From Candidatus Saccharimonadota bacterium (lineage in GTDB: Bacteria; Patescibacteriota; Saccharimonadia; Saccharimonadales; VXPC01): a stretch of DNA of 34,866 bases. A program made the translations under genes and the position numbers. The stretch is taken from NCBI GenBank assembly GCA_026707815.1, contig JAPOWB010000004.1:1-34866 (forward strand), given 5' to 3'. The notes beneath the pieces were generated by a model. It did not search any database. It saw only the letters and a program-made list of their open reading frames with translations, and was not told the origin of the DNA. Shown piece after piece: positions 1 through 8,658 of this stretch (within the stretch, counting starts at the first letter, position 1; every line of letters begins with the position of its first letter).

Positions 1-31
1 AGTTACCAGCTAAGTCAATTATTTAAACTAG

Positions 32-253
32 CTAGTTAGTTTCGAGATTCGCGTTATACCACTCTAAATTACCATCAGTATCATAGCGTTCTGTTTTAAT
101 CTCATTACCATTGGCATCATATTCTAATCTGTCATACCCCTCTAAATTACCATCTACATCATAGAGTCCTGCTTTAATCAAATTACCATTAGCATCATAT
201 TGTTTTTCTATATTATCTTTAGGAGATTGAATAGTATTTTTATTTTTTATCAT
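32..253 (-). CDS. Small YD/RHS-like repeat protein
   Basis: Repeats YDANGNLIK / YDVDGNLE / YDANGNEIK. ATG at 253 (MIKNKN) preferred over 292 because TGGTATAAT lies just upstream on the minus strand. Confidence 0.65.
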   Translation of the reverse strand: MIKNKNTIQSPKDNIEKQYDANGNLIKAGLYDVDGNLEGYDRLEYDANGNEIKTERYDTDGNLEWYNANLETN

Positions 254-296
254 AGTGGTAGCAATTATACCATTTTTACAGATAAAAATCAATCCT

Positions 297-324
297 ACTT
301 AATGTAATTCTGTTTATGTTAAGG
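297..324 (+). other. dif-like (XerC/XerD-type) 28-bp site 1
   Basis: ACTTAATGTAA-TTCTGT-TTATGTTAAGG; 11-6-11 layout; right arm matches the XerD arm TTATGTTAAAT at 9/11. Confidence 0.6.
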
Positions 325-370
325 GGGGGGCTTGTTTTTTGGTAATTGATATGAGATATACTTATATTCA

Positions 371-1012
371 ATGAATAAAAAGCTAATCATTATTCTTACC
401 AGCATCATTGTCTTACTGCTCGTAATTGGCATAACCATCTATGCTTTAACCAGTGATGATGAAGTAAAAATAGTAAAATCTGATGATATCACAAACAATA
501 CGCCAGATACAGATAAAGAAGCTCAAGCTAGTGAGCCAGTTGATAAAGCTCTAGCTGACAATAATTTAGTTGAAACTATCCCACTTAAAGAAGTAAAAGA
601 TGAAGTAAAGCCAGTTGATACCCCCAAAGATGAAACAGAATGTCCTAAAGATACAGATACTAGAAAATATATTTGTGATGCTGATGGTAATGTGATTAAA
701 AGGGAAGACTATGGTGCTGATGGTAATTTAAGGGGATATAATAAGTCTGAATACAATGCTGATGGTAATAGGATTAAAAGAGAACGCTATAATGCTAATG
801 ATAGGTTGATTGGTGCTGAATGGTATGATGCAGATGGTAATGTGATTAAATACGAAGAATATTATGCAGATGGTAATTCACAGGGGTATGTTCAGTATGA
901 ATACAATGCTGATGGTAATTTGATTAAAGCAGAATACTATAGTGGTGGTATTTTGATTGGTACTGAACACTATGATGCTGATGGTGATTTAGTAAATACC
1001 CAGTCTTACTAA
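371..1012 (+). CDS. Membrane-anchored YD/RHS-like repeat protein
   Basis: N-terminal hydrophobic helix, acidic/Pro-rich stalk, then tandem YDADGNxIK repeats. Confidence 0.85.
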   Translation: MNKKLIIILTSIIVLLLVIGITIYALTSDDEVKIVKSDDITNNTPDTDKEAQASEPVDKALADNNLVETIPLKEVKDEVKPVDTPKDETECPKDTDTRKYICDADGNVIKREDYGADGNLRGYNKSEYNADGNRIKRERYNANDRLIGAEWYDADGNVIKYEEYYADGNSQGYVQYEYNADGNLIKAEYYSGGILIGTEHYDADGDLVNTQSY

Positions 1013-1097
1013 TTGATTTTTATAAGGCTTTAGCAATTCAGCTTTAGTAAAAGGCTTTACTCTTTGCGACATAGCTTGATTACCCCCTTAAAATCCT

Positions 1098-1125
1098 ACT
1101 TAATGTAATTACAATTATGTTAAGT
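1098..1125 (+). other. dif-like (XerC/XerD-type) 28-bp site 2
   Basis: ACTTAATGTAA-TTACAA-TTATGTTAAGT; left arm identical to site 1, different 6-bp spacer, right arm 10/11 to TTATGTTAAAT. Confidence 0.6.
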
Positions 1126-1293
1126 AGGGGTTATATAACATTGACACCGTTTCATTGGCTTGACACTTATTTTTAACTAGTAGAATAAAGCAAATATTTT
1201 AAAGATTTTAATCTAATATATTTTTTAAATTAAGATGCTTAAAATAATGATTATCATTGTGTAAGAGGTAAAAGAGTTTGAAATGTAATTGGA

Positions 1294-1674
1294 TCACCGT
1301 CTATGTAGTGTACTGATTAACTCACCATCAGCATCAAAGTGTTCTTGTTTAATTAAATTGCCGTAAGCGTCAAGATGTTTTCGTTTAATTAGATTACCAG
1401 CCTCATCATATTCATGCTCGGTATATCCCCTTGAATGACAGATGGTGCAAATATTGCCCTCAGCATTATAAATTTCTATTTGAGCCAATTTACCCTCAGT
1501 CTTATGCTCATATCTCTGGATTGTATATAAACTACCATCAGTGTTATAGTATTCTTTTTTAACCAAAAAACCATCAGCATCATATTCTCTGATTGTCTTT
1601 GTGTCATCAGTATTATGACATTCCAAGAATTTGTTTTTATTCATAGTCCAGCATATTAATGGAGCAAAAATCAA
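1294..1674 (-). CDS. YD/RHS-like repeat protein (start possibly 1644)
   Basis: EYDADGFLVKKEYY, YDEAGNLIK, FDADGELI repeats; no signal peptide. Confidence 0.75.
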   Translation of the reverse strand: MIFAPLICWTMNKNKFLECHNTDDTKTIREYDADGFLVKKEYYNTDGSLYTIQRYEHKTEGKLAQIEIYNAEGNICTICHSRGYTEHEYDEAGNLIKRKHLDAYGNLIKQEHFDADGELISTLHRR

Positions 1675-2163
1675 TTAGTGAATAAATAGGTAAATCTTCT
1701 TTGATTGACCATCAGCATCAAAGTCTTCTATTTTATGATTGCCATCAGCATCAATGCCAAAGCGAGTATAATCCCTTAATTGACCATCAGCACCATATTT
1801 ATAACAAACACGTTCTAGTGCGTGACTATCGGTATCATATTGTTCTTTCTCAAGCAATTTACCATCAGTATCATATCTGTATTTTTCAATGGCTTTTGAT
1901 ACCCCATCAGCATCAAAGTAGAATTGCTCTACTGTTTTACCATCAGTATCATATTGGTATTGAGAATAGCTTGTTAAATTCCGGTCAGCATCGTAGTATT
2001 CTGTTTCAAGCAATTTACCATCAGTATCATATTCAAGTTGGATACAATTCTCGAATTGACCATTAGCATTATATTTTTCTATTTTCCAATTCCCGTCAGC
2101 ATCACGCCACACTCTTTCGGTGGGAGTATTAGCTTTATTGTCTAATCTATTCATAATCAGCAT
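1675..2163 (-). CDS. YD/RHS-like repeat protein
   Basis: YDTDGKLLE repeated, plus FDADG units; no signal peptide. Confidence 0.8.
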   Translation of the reverse strand: MLIMNRLDNKANTPTERVWRDADGNWKIEKYNANGQFENCIQLEYDTDGKLLETEYYDADRNLTSYSQYQYDTDGKTVEQFYFDADGVSKAIEKYRYDTDGKLLEKEQYDTDSHALERVCYKYGADGQLRDYTRFGIDADGNHKIEDFDADGQSKKIYLFIH

Positions 2164-2222
2164 ATTATATCATACAATTGATTATAAGCAAATAAAGAGA
2201 GGTTTAGTTTTGATTTAAATGG

Positions 2223-2624
2223 CTATGTTCCAGCATCTAATGTATCTATCTTTTCTGGAGAATCCAAAATCTGTTTATCAGCAGTAATAAGCTTACTATG
2301 TGTAATTAATGCAGTGACAATAATAATTCTATCTGCAGGGTCATTATTGCCATATTTTAAAGCAACTGATTTAATGCCTATTAATCCATCAACAGATATT
2401 TCTAAGAGACCTTGTTTAAGTAATTCTTGTCGCCACCAAGAAATGCTTTTTTTAAAATTAATTTTGCCTTTTTTAGATAATAATTCCATTTCCCAAAAAG
2501 TAATAGAGGATACATATAATTGGTTTTTACGTAAAGCTTGATCTATAATTTCAGAAATATTACTTTTTAATTTATTGCTAGCTAAGATATACCAGATTAA
2601 AATATGGGTATCTAGTAAAATCAT
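2223..2624 (-). CDS. vapC: VapC-family PIN-domain toxin
   Basis: MILLDTHILIW...SSITFWE...DPADRII...LITAD PIN motifs; overlaps upstream antitoxin by 1 nt. Confidence 0.92.
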   Translation of the reverse strand: MILLDTHILIWYILASNKLKSNISEIIDQALRKNQLYVSSITFWEMELLSKKGKINFKKSISWWRQELLKQGLLEISVDGLIGIKSVALKYGNNDPADRIIIVTALITHSKLITADKQILDSPEKIDTLDAGT

Positions 2625-2881
2625 TATAAATTTTTAAATCTTCTATCTGTTTGTGAATCCCAATCAATATCAAGTGGAGAGATAATATCACCTGTGATTT
2701 TACCTTGATTTTTTGCTATACCAAGTAAACTATTAGTTTTCTTGATGTAAGGTGTTAATTTAGCTACTGGTTTCTGATTCTTAGTAATAATCAATTCTTG
2801 ACCACTATCAGCCACATCATCCATTAATTTAAGACATTTAGCTTTGAATTCAGATGCCTTGATGGTTTGAGTCTGCTTCAT
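2624..2881 (-). CDS. Phd/YefM-family antitoxin
   Basis: IKASEFKAKCLKLMDDV...IITKNQKPVAKL Phd signature. Confidence 0.92.
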   Translation of the reverse strand: MKQTQTIKASEFKAKCLKLMDDVADSGQELIITKNQKPVAKLTPYIKKTNSLLGIAKNQGKITGDIISPLDIDWDSQTDRRFKNL

Positions 2882-2991
2882 TATAATATAAGAATACCAT
2901 GGTCATGATTATAGTCAAACATTACTCCCTAGATTAATCGAAGATTTCTTTTAATTTTATGCAACAGTCTTCATTTACATACATATTCAAA

Positions 2992-3020
2992 TTGACAATA
3001 ATATATACATAACATATAGT
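2992..3020 (+). promoter_or_regulatory. Sigma70 promoter of second TA operon (likely leaderless)
   Basis: TTGACA(2992)-17 bp-TATAGT(3015); ATG at 3027. Confidence 0.7.
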
Positions 3021-3026
3021 ATAGGC

Positions 3027-3284
3027 ATGAAGAAATTACAGTATACTATAAGAAATATCCCCCCAGATGTCGATCAGATTATTAGAAAGCGAGCTCAACG
3101 AACTGGCAAATCGTTCAATACTACAGTCATTGAAGCTTTGACAATTCAAACACTGGGTAGTACAGATATCAAAAAGGCAAAGAAGAATATCTTCACCCGA
3201 TTACAAGGAATTAATAGTCTTGATGATAACTTTGATCAGGCAATCAAAGAGCAATCCGAAATAGACGACAAATTATGGCTCTAA
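3027..3284 (+). CDS. FitA-like ribbon-helix-helix antitoxin
   Basis: QYTIRNIPPDVDQIIRKRAQRTGKSFN; overlaps downstream PIN gene. Confidence 0.8.
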   Translation: MKKLQYTIRNIPPDVDQIIRKRAQRTGKSFNTTVIEALTIQTLGSTDIKKAKKNIFTRLQGINSLDDNFDQAIKEQSEIDDKLWL

Positions 3285-3679
3285 AATATGTTTTAGATAC
3301 CAGTGCCTATTCGGCTTTTAATCGCAACCAACATAATTTGGGAAGATTTATAAATCCAAACAATGAAATTTTCATTCCCTTAATCGTCATTGCCGAGCTA
3401 CGAGCTGGATTTAAAACTGGCAGCCGAGAGCAATTCAATGAATTGTTATTATCTAATTTGTTAGATGCTCCGAATATCACCATACTCCAACCAAGCGAGA
3501 AAACAACCAAAAGTTATGCTCAGATTTACAGTCAACTTCACAGAATAGGCAAACCAATTAGCACTAACGACATTTGGATTGCAGCCCTATGTCTCGAACA
3601 TGAACTGCCTATACTAACACTTGATACAGATTTCAGGCATATAAAAAACCTTGTTTGCATTGATGTATTAAAATCTTAA
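3275..3679 (+). CDS. vapC: VapC-family PIN-domain toxin
   Basis: YVLDTSAY...VIAEL...GKPISTNDIWIAA...LTLDTDF. Confidence 0.92.
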   Translation: MALKYVLDTSAYSAFNRNQHNLGRFINPNNEIFIPLIVIAELRAGFKTGSREQFNELLLSNLLDAPNITILQPSEKTTKSYAQIYSQLHRIGKPISTNDIWIAALCLEHELPILTLDTDFRHIKNLVCIDVLKS

Positions 3680-3789
3680 GCTCACTAACACAACTCAACA
3701 ATATTATTCAATTAAGAAAACAGGAGTAAAACAGGATTAACCTTGCTTCACTCCGAGCTCAAATCAGCAAGTCCAACTTCCTCAGAATT

Positions 3790-3948
3790 CTTTCCAGCTC
3801 TTGGGTTAAATTATTGAAATACCTACCTCTTAGAGAAGAAATATCTTAAGAGTCCATTAGTATTTTCATTATAGCCTCTTTGCCATGAATGATAAGGTGT
3901 ACTATGATAAACCTTCCGTTTTAACGAATTCTCAATAACTTCATTTAT
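3790..3948 (-). pseudogene. IS30-family transposase relic
   Basis: Manual translation VYHSTPYHSWQRGYNENTNGLLRYFFSKR* resembles the IS30 motif PYxSWQRGxNENxNGLLR; not in the ORF track; bounds approximate. Confidence 0.8.
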
Positions 3949-4199
3949 GGTGCTTGTTTTAAACGCCCACGATTAATAGTAAACTGAGGTGAATCTGCAT
4001 AGAGAATAATTAATTCAACTAGTGCATCATAAGTTAAAACAATCTCTTCTTTTTCGTCATCGACTTGACCATTACAAATCGTTCTAAACATTTTGATATT
4101 TTCTTCTTGATCAGCTCTATGATGTTTACCAACATATTCAGCTATCCAATGTCGTTGACCATCAGCCTCAAGGTAGTACCAACTACATATATTGTGCAA
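3945..4199 (-). CDS. Hypothetical protein (possibly a fragment)
   Basis: 84-codon ORF with no recognisable motif. Confidence 0.35.
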   Translation of the reverse strand: MHNICSWYYLEADGQRHWIAEYVGKHHRADQEENIKMFRTICNGQVDDEKEEIVLTYDALVELIILYADSPQFTINRGRLKQAP

Positions 4200-4289
4200 T
4201 GTAGTTTTTATTTAGGGTTTTTTAATAACGGATAGATTAACTACAAACTCTATTGATTTTGGTTTGTTTTTTAGGCAATTTACTGTCTA

Positions 4290-4445
4290 CTATTTTTTGG
4301 ATTGTTTTTCAGCTTTAGCTAGTTTTTTATTAGCACTCTTAAGAGTCTTTTCCTGTAACTGTGTTGAAAGCTTAACCACTTTCATGAGAGCCTTTTCATT
4401 AATCTGATTGTCTTTGGTAATAATTGATATCGGTTTAATTTTCAT
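4290..4445 (-). CDS. Small basic protein (51 aa) downstream of zeta-toxin-like gene
   Basis: Manual translation MKIKPISIITKDNQINEKALMKVVKLSTQLQEKTLKSANKKLAKAEKQSKK*. Confidence 0.45.
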   Translation of the reverse strand: MKIKPISIITKDNQINEKALMKVVKLSTQLQEKTLKSANKKLAKAEKQSKK

Positions 4446-4478
4446 AGCTTTATTGATTGTATTCAAAGATTATATTAT

Positions 4479-5118
4479 TTAGTAAGATTTTTTCAACATA
4501 CCTTCGATCAATTCGGCATCATTAATAGTTGTTAGGCGTCGATTGGACGGCTTATCCACTAAGATAAACAAAAACTTGGAATTGTCCTTGTAAGTTTGAA
4601 AAATATCTAATAAATTAGGTTTAATTTTCTGGCAAGTCGCTTTAAATCCTCCCTTATCTATTGGTCTGCCAGTTTCTACTTCCCTTTTGACGGTGAAATC
4701 CCAAGCTTTATCTTTTGATTGTAGAATATAAACGACTATTACCAAATAATCTTTATTTAGAGTTCTTTTAATATGTTTAATTGACTCTTTATTTGATAAA
4801 GTCCCATCTAAGATAAAAGACAGTTGTTTCTTAAAACAAGTATTCAGCAATTTAGTCACTAAGATATTACCAAATTGACAATAATCATAATAATGTTTGG
4901 GTTGATATTGAGGAAGATAGCTTAATAATTGATCATGCTCTATAAGAACAATGTCTTTTCGTTTGATAAATTGTACAAATTGGTTTTACCAGCTCCGGGA
5001 ATGCCAGCCACAAAAAATGCTCTCTTAGAATTTGACTAATATCTCTAATAGCACTATTTATAATCTTGTCTCGTTGAACTTTGTCTTTAACGAACTGCTC
5101 GATTTGACTGACATTCAT
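4479..5118 (-). pseudogene. Zeta-toxin-family P-loop protein with two frameshifts
   Basis: Joining three frames gives MNVSQIEQFVK.../AFFVAGIPGAGKT (Walker A)/FVQFIKRKDIVLIEHDQLLSYLPQY...SFILDGTLS...AWDFTVKREVETGRPI. Confidence 0.75.
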
Positions 5119-5287
5119 GCTTTTACTGTATCTCAAAAAACGCAGTTAAGATAAGTTATAGTTGGATAAATAGCAAAAACAATTAGATCATTAATATATT
5201 TTTAGAAGATAAATTAACTAGAAGAGAAGCCCTATAACAAGAGTCAAACTGATTACAACTAACCTGAATGTATTTTTTACAACCAAT

Positions 5288-5299
5288 CCCCCCCCCCCC
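5288..5299. repeat. Poly-C12 tract upstream of secreted-protein gene
   Basis: C12 run in AT-rich intergenic DNA, ending 51 bp before ATG 5351. Confidence 0.85.
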
Positions 5300-5350
5300 G
5301 AATTTGTTACAATAGGTTCACAATTATAAAAATAAAAAACTACAAAACAA

Positions 5351-6280
5351 ATGAGGTTTATAACAAAACTACATAATAATAAACTTTATTGTCTATTAAT
5401 CTTACCAGTTCTGCTATTATTAGTGGTTGGCTTAATCCGTGCAAGCCATAATGATATAGAGGCTTCAACCACTCTGACTAATTTACAGCTAATTGGTTTT
5501 AAGCAAACAGCAGGCGACAAACAACTCTTTGTAGAAAGCTGTTATGCGAAGCAAAATCAACATGAAGATTTACTAGACTACAATACATCATCAGATACTC
5601 ATAAACATATTGAGGCAGATGCTCTCTTATTATGTACTATAAACCTCACCAATAGTGGTAATGCCCTTACTGTTAATATGAAATCAGTAAGTATTGATTA
5701 TGGTAATAATATGTTTGCTAGTCGGGGTGGCTTAACAAGATTAAATACCAAAAAACAAGCAGATTTTCTAGTCCATATAAAAGATGCTTTTAGCGGAACT
5801 ATAATCAGAAGTCTAAAGAACTGCTATGTTGGAGATGGTATTGAAGGAGATGTGCCAGTCAATCACGATAATCTTGGAGATTTTGCTAGGCTGCAGTGTT
5901 ATAACTTGGGTAATGTAAAAAGAGATGAAGGTAATAGTGTTCGGCAGTTTTTAACTATCCAAACTCCACTTTACTATGACAGAATGAAGCCAGCAGGGGC
6001 ATCAGTTCATCTTAATCTAACCCTAAAGAATAAGAAGCAATATACTTGGGAAGTTATTTTACCAGAGATTACTACAGCTCACTACAATTCATCACATCAC
6101 ACTAAAGAGAAAATCCAAACTAAAAAAGATGAAGCTAAAGTTAAAGCTTGTGAGAAGCTAGAAAACCCTTACACAGCTATTGAGTATCGTCTGTTGGGCT
6201 GTCATCAAAGCCGATTAAATGAAGCAGAAGCTATCCTATATGAAGCAGTCTTGGATATTCCGTGGCAAGAGCAAGAATAA
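5351..6280 (+). CDS. Hypothetical secreted or membrane-anchored protein
   Basis: 309 aa, N-terminal hydrophobic segment, several Cys. Confidence 0.75.
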   Translation: MRFITKLHNNKLYCLLILPVLLLLVVGLIRASHNDIEASTTLTNLQLIGFKQTAGDKQLFVESCYAKQNQHEDLLDYNTSSDTHKHIEADALLLCTINLTNSGNALTVNMKSVSIDYGNNMFASRGGLTRLNTKKQADFLVHIKDAFSGTIIRSLKNCYVGDGIEGDVPVNHDNLGDFARLQCYNLGNVKRDEGNSVRQFLTIQTPLYYDRMKPAGASVHLNLTLKNKKQYTWEVILPEITTAHYNSSHHTKEKIQTKKDEAKVKACEKLENPYTAIEYRLLGCHQSRLNEAEAILYEAVLDIPWQEQE

Positions 6281-6284
6281 ATAT

Positions 6285-6338
6285 ATTAATCCCTATGGGA
6301 TGATTGTAATAACTCAAATCAAAATAAATGATATCCTT
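6285..6338 (-). pseudogene. 54-bp relic of a VirD4-like coupling-protein gene
   Basis: 43/54 nt identical by manual alignment to 21692-21745; KDIIYFDLSYYNHPIGIN vs KDVIYFNPSDYNHPIGIN. Confidence 0.75.
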
Positions 6339-6537
6339 GCGGCAGAAATTTCGTTTTTACAAGAAGTCGTTTATAAGAAGGTCAGTGAATAATTACTGAA
6401 TGATACTCATCTCTTTCTCATATGAAAGGTATTGTTGAGTGATTTATCCATGGCAGAAGCAACCACAATGATCTCCAATTTTCGAAAAATATACTATAAT
6501 AGGTGTAACTAATATAAGTAGGTATCACTAGCGGATT

Positions 6538-7149
6538 ATGAGTCTTACGAAAACTAAAGAAAAACAGATACTATTTTGGATATTAATTGGTTTAGTTGCT
6601 TGGATTGCGATTGTTGTGACTGTGTTAGTTTTTATTTACGATAACGAAACAGAAAATCAATCTAGCAATGATATTCCAAATAAGGTGGAATCTAACAGTA
6701 TGGAGACTTATGTACTTCTGGATAAAGAAACTGCCAAGAGTTATTCACTTCTAGATGAATACATTGCAGAGAATTACCAGCGATGTGATGATTTTGAGCC
6801 GATCACAACCAAGGGGTTTGGTATTTTTGGTGAATCACGTTATTGTCAGAGGCAACTCAAGGGTCAAGCTAACTATGATTTGCAAATAACCCGTTTCAAT
6901 GCTGAGCGTGACTACTTGTTGACAATATTGCGTAAAAACGAAGATAGATGTCTCGAAAAGAATTACTACCTTGCTTCTGTCGGACATGGCTTCGGTATAT
7001 CAGTTTGGTTATATTATGAAGATGGAATATCAGAACCTAAATTTTATAGCACAGAGTATACAGAAAAATTAAATCAGCGAACTAAAGAAGAGCATCAACT
7101 GTTAGAGGAAGCTGGTCTAGAAGTAGATCTTGTCAATGTCTGTAAGTAG
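6538..7149 (+). CDS. Hypothetical membrane-anchored protein
   Basis: Single N-terminal TM helix; 203 aa; four Cys. Confidence 0.75.
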   Translation: MSLTKTKEKQILFWILIGLVAWIAIVVTVLVFIYDNETENQSSNDIPNKVESNSMETYVLLDKETAKSYSLLDEYIAENYQRCDDFEPITTKGFGIFGESRYCQRQLKGQANYDLQITRFNAERDYLLTILRKNEDRCLEKNYYLASVGHGFGISVWLYYEDGISEPKFYSTEYTEKLNQRTKEEHQLLEEAGLEVDLVNVCK

Positions 7150-7265
7150 CGTGAGCAAGATAGAAGTTGTTTTATAACAACTCATTTTTGTGGTGGTACA
7201 CTTTTTTACAAACTACTAACGTATACAAATTGGTCGGTGAAAAACTTGGAATTTCGATTGCGACC

Positions 7266-7491
7266 ACCCGAATTACGAAATTAAGTCTAACCTCTTAGAC
7301 ATCTAATAACCTAGTAGAACTCTAAAATAATGGACTAAATAACCTCGAATACTCCTAGGATAAGAAGTCACCAACGAGAACTTTTGCTTAAGAATGCCAA
7401 AGACAGCTTCGATTTTAGAACGCTCTCTTAAAAGCTGTCTATCTTCTAAGGTCGTTAAGCTTAGTCTTTTGGCTGAAATGAGCTGAAGCAA
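7266..7491 (-). mobile_element. Truncated IS982-family element (terminal IR plus transposase C-terminus)
   Basis: ACCCGAATTACG at 7266 (IS982 IRs start ACCC); peptide RSKIEAVFGILK...PRSIRGYLVHYFRVLLGY. Confidence 0.7.
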
Positions 7492-7582
7492 TAATTTTTA
7501 GACCCTACTTTTTAACAATGGTTCGAGTTAGCAGCGCTTTTGTGCTAGTATATGGCTAAAATAGCTGGAGAGGAATCAGACC

Positions 7583-7903
7583 ATGACTAAAAGAGAAATC
7601 AAGATGCTCGGGGACTTGCTTGAGTACGAAATCTTCCATCTGGAAGGCGTTGTCAATGCTTTCAATTCTAAAGAAAGCAATAAGAGTCTGCGTGATCTGA
7701 AATCAATCCGCAAAGTTTTGCAAAAGCCTGATGTCCGAATCGGTGGCTCTCTGAACAAAGACCAGAAAGAGATTCTACTCAACCTGATCAAGCAAGCCCA
7801 ACTGGAAGCTCAACGCATCTTGGACAAACAAGAGAAGATTAGAAAGATCCAGCAGGATTCGAGCATCTTAAACAGACTAGAAAAATCCCTGCACGCCGCC
7901 TAG
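7583..7903 (+). CDS. Hypothetical helical/coiled-coil protein
   Basis: 106 aa, GGAGAGG-type RBS, co-oriented and 9 bp upstream of the DUF3800-like gene. Confidence 0.7.
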   Translation: MTKREIKMLGDLLEYEIFHLEGVVNAFNSKESNKSLRDLKSIRKVLQKPDVRIGGSLNKDQKEILLNLIKQAQLEAQRILDKQEKIRKIQQDSSILNRLEKSLHAA

Positions 7904-7912
7904 GAGCAGTCA

Positions 7913-8656
7913 ATGTTCCTAGTTATCGATGAGAGCAAGAGTGGGAGTAGCACGACTGTCGGTTGCCTGTGTCTGCCTGATTCAGACTTCGCCAAAGCCG
8001 AAGCTATGGTTTTGGATGCCAGAATCCGCGAAAGGTGCTGGGGTGAGATTAAATGGCAGGATGCCCGGGGCGATTATGCCTCCAAATATACTAGGATCCT
8101 TGCCGATTATTTCAATTGCTCAGACAGGGTAACTTTTCATTCGCTGACTTATAAAAAACTGGGCTCGCAAGCTAAATCTCGGCTCAAGCGTTTGTTTCCG
8201 GACAGATCGTGGGACGAAGAGAGGGTTCTAGACCGCCGGACTTACCAGCTGATTCGCACCGTCATTTGGAAGTGCAGGCAAGCCGGGTATGATTCCAACT
8301 ATTACATCATCGGCGACCGGCGTGGCAGTGATGACAACTCGGTCTACCGGACAATCGGCGACTTATTGGCCAAAGACAGCAAAGTTAGGATTAAGCCGCA
8401 GTTTTGCTCAACAGGCACCTCAGCCGTACTGGGATCACTGCAAATTGCTGACCTGTGCGCCGGAGCTATCGCCTCCTGTTATGAAGCCAGCTATCACCAA
8501 CTCGACACGCAGCAGATTAAAGCAAAGTTAATCGAGATAAACAAGAATGTAGAACTCACTTATTCTCCATCTCGGCTACCCAAGTTACATGACCACCGCC
8601 TGCACCATTGGCTATTCGACGAAACCAGAAGCAGATTTTACGGACTAATCAAATAG
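7913..8656 (+). CDS. DUF3800-like (RNase H-like fold) protein
   Basis: N-terminal FLVIDES, GEIKW, and C-terminal LQIADLCAG motifs. Confidence 0.75.
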   Translation: MFLVIDESKSGSSTTVGCLCLPDSDFAKAEAMVLDARIRERCWGEIKWQDARGDYASKYTRILADYFNCSDRVTFHSLTYKKLGSQAKSRLKRLFPDRSWDEERVLDRRTYQLIRTVIWKCRQAGYDSNYYIIGDRRGSDDNSVYRTIGDLLAKDSKVRIKPQFCSTGTSAVLGSLQIADLCAGAIASCYEASYHQLDTQQIKAKLIEINKNVELTYSPSRLPKLHDHRLHHWLFDETRSRFYGLIK

Positions 8657-8658
8657 CC

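Noticed and set aside
1701-2066. His/Gln-rich 121-aa ORF (HQHQ, YHQYHI repeats)
   Set aside because: Antisense shadow of the YD-repeat gene 1675-2163.
32-2163. Recurring CCATCAGCATCATA as a CRISPR array or DGR template
   Set aside because: The repeats are in-frame coding units with no constant repeat-spacer pattern, and no cas or reverse transcriptase gene is in the window.
4933-5136. 67-aa ORF as an independent gene
   Set aside because: It is the 5' part of the frameshifted zeta-like gene.
5144-5172. AGTTAAGATAA-GTTATA-GTTGGATAAAT as a dif-like site
   Set aside because: Both arms are degenerate and the spacing is ambiguous.
7519-7528. GGTTCGAG as a tRNA fragment or att site
   Set aside because: No surrounding stem or acceptor-arm similarity.
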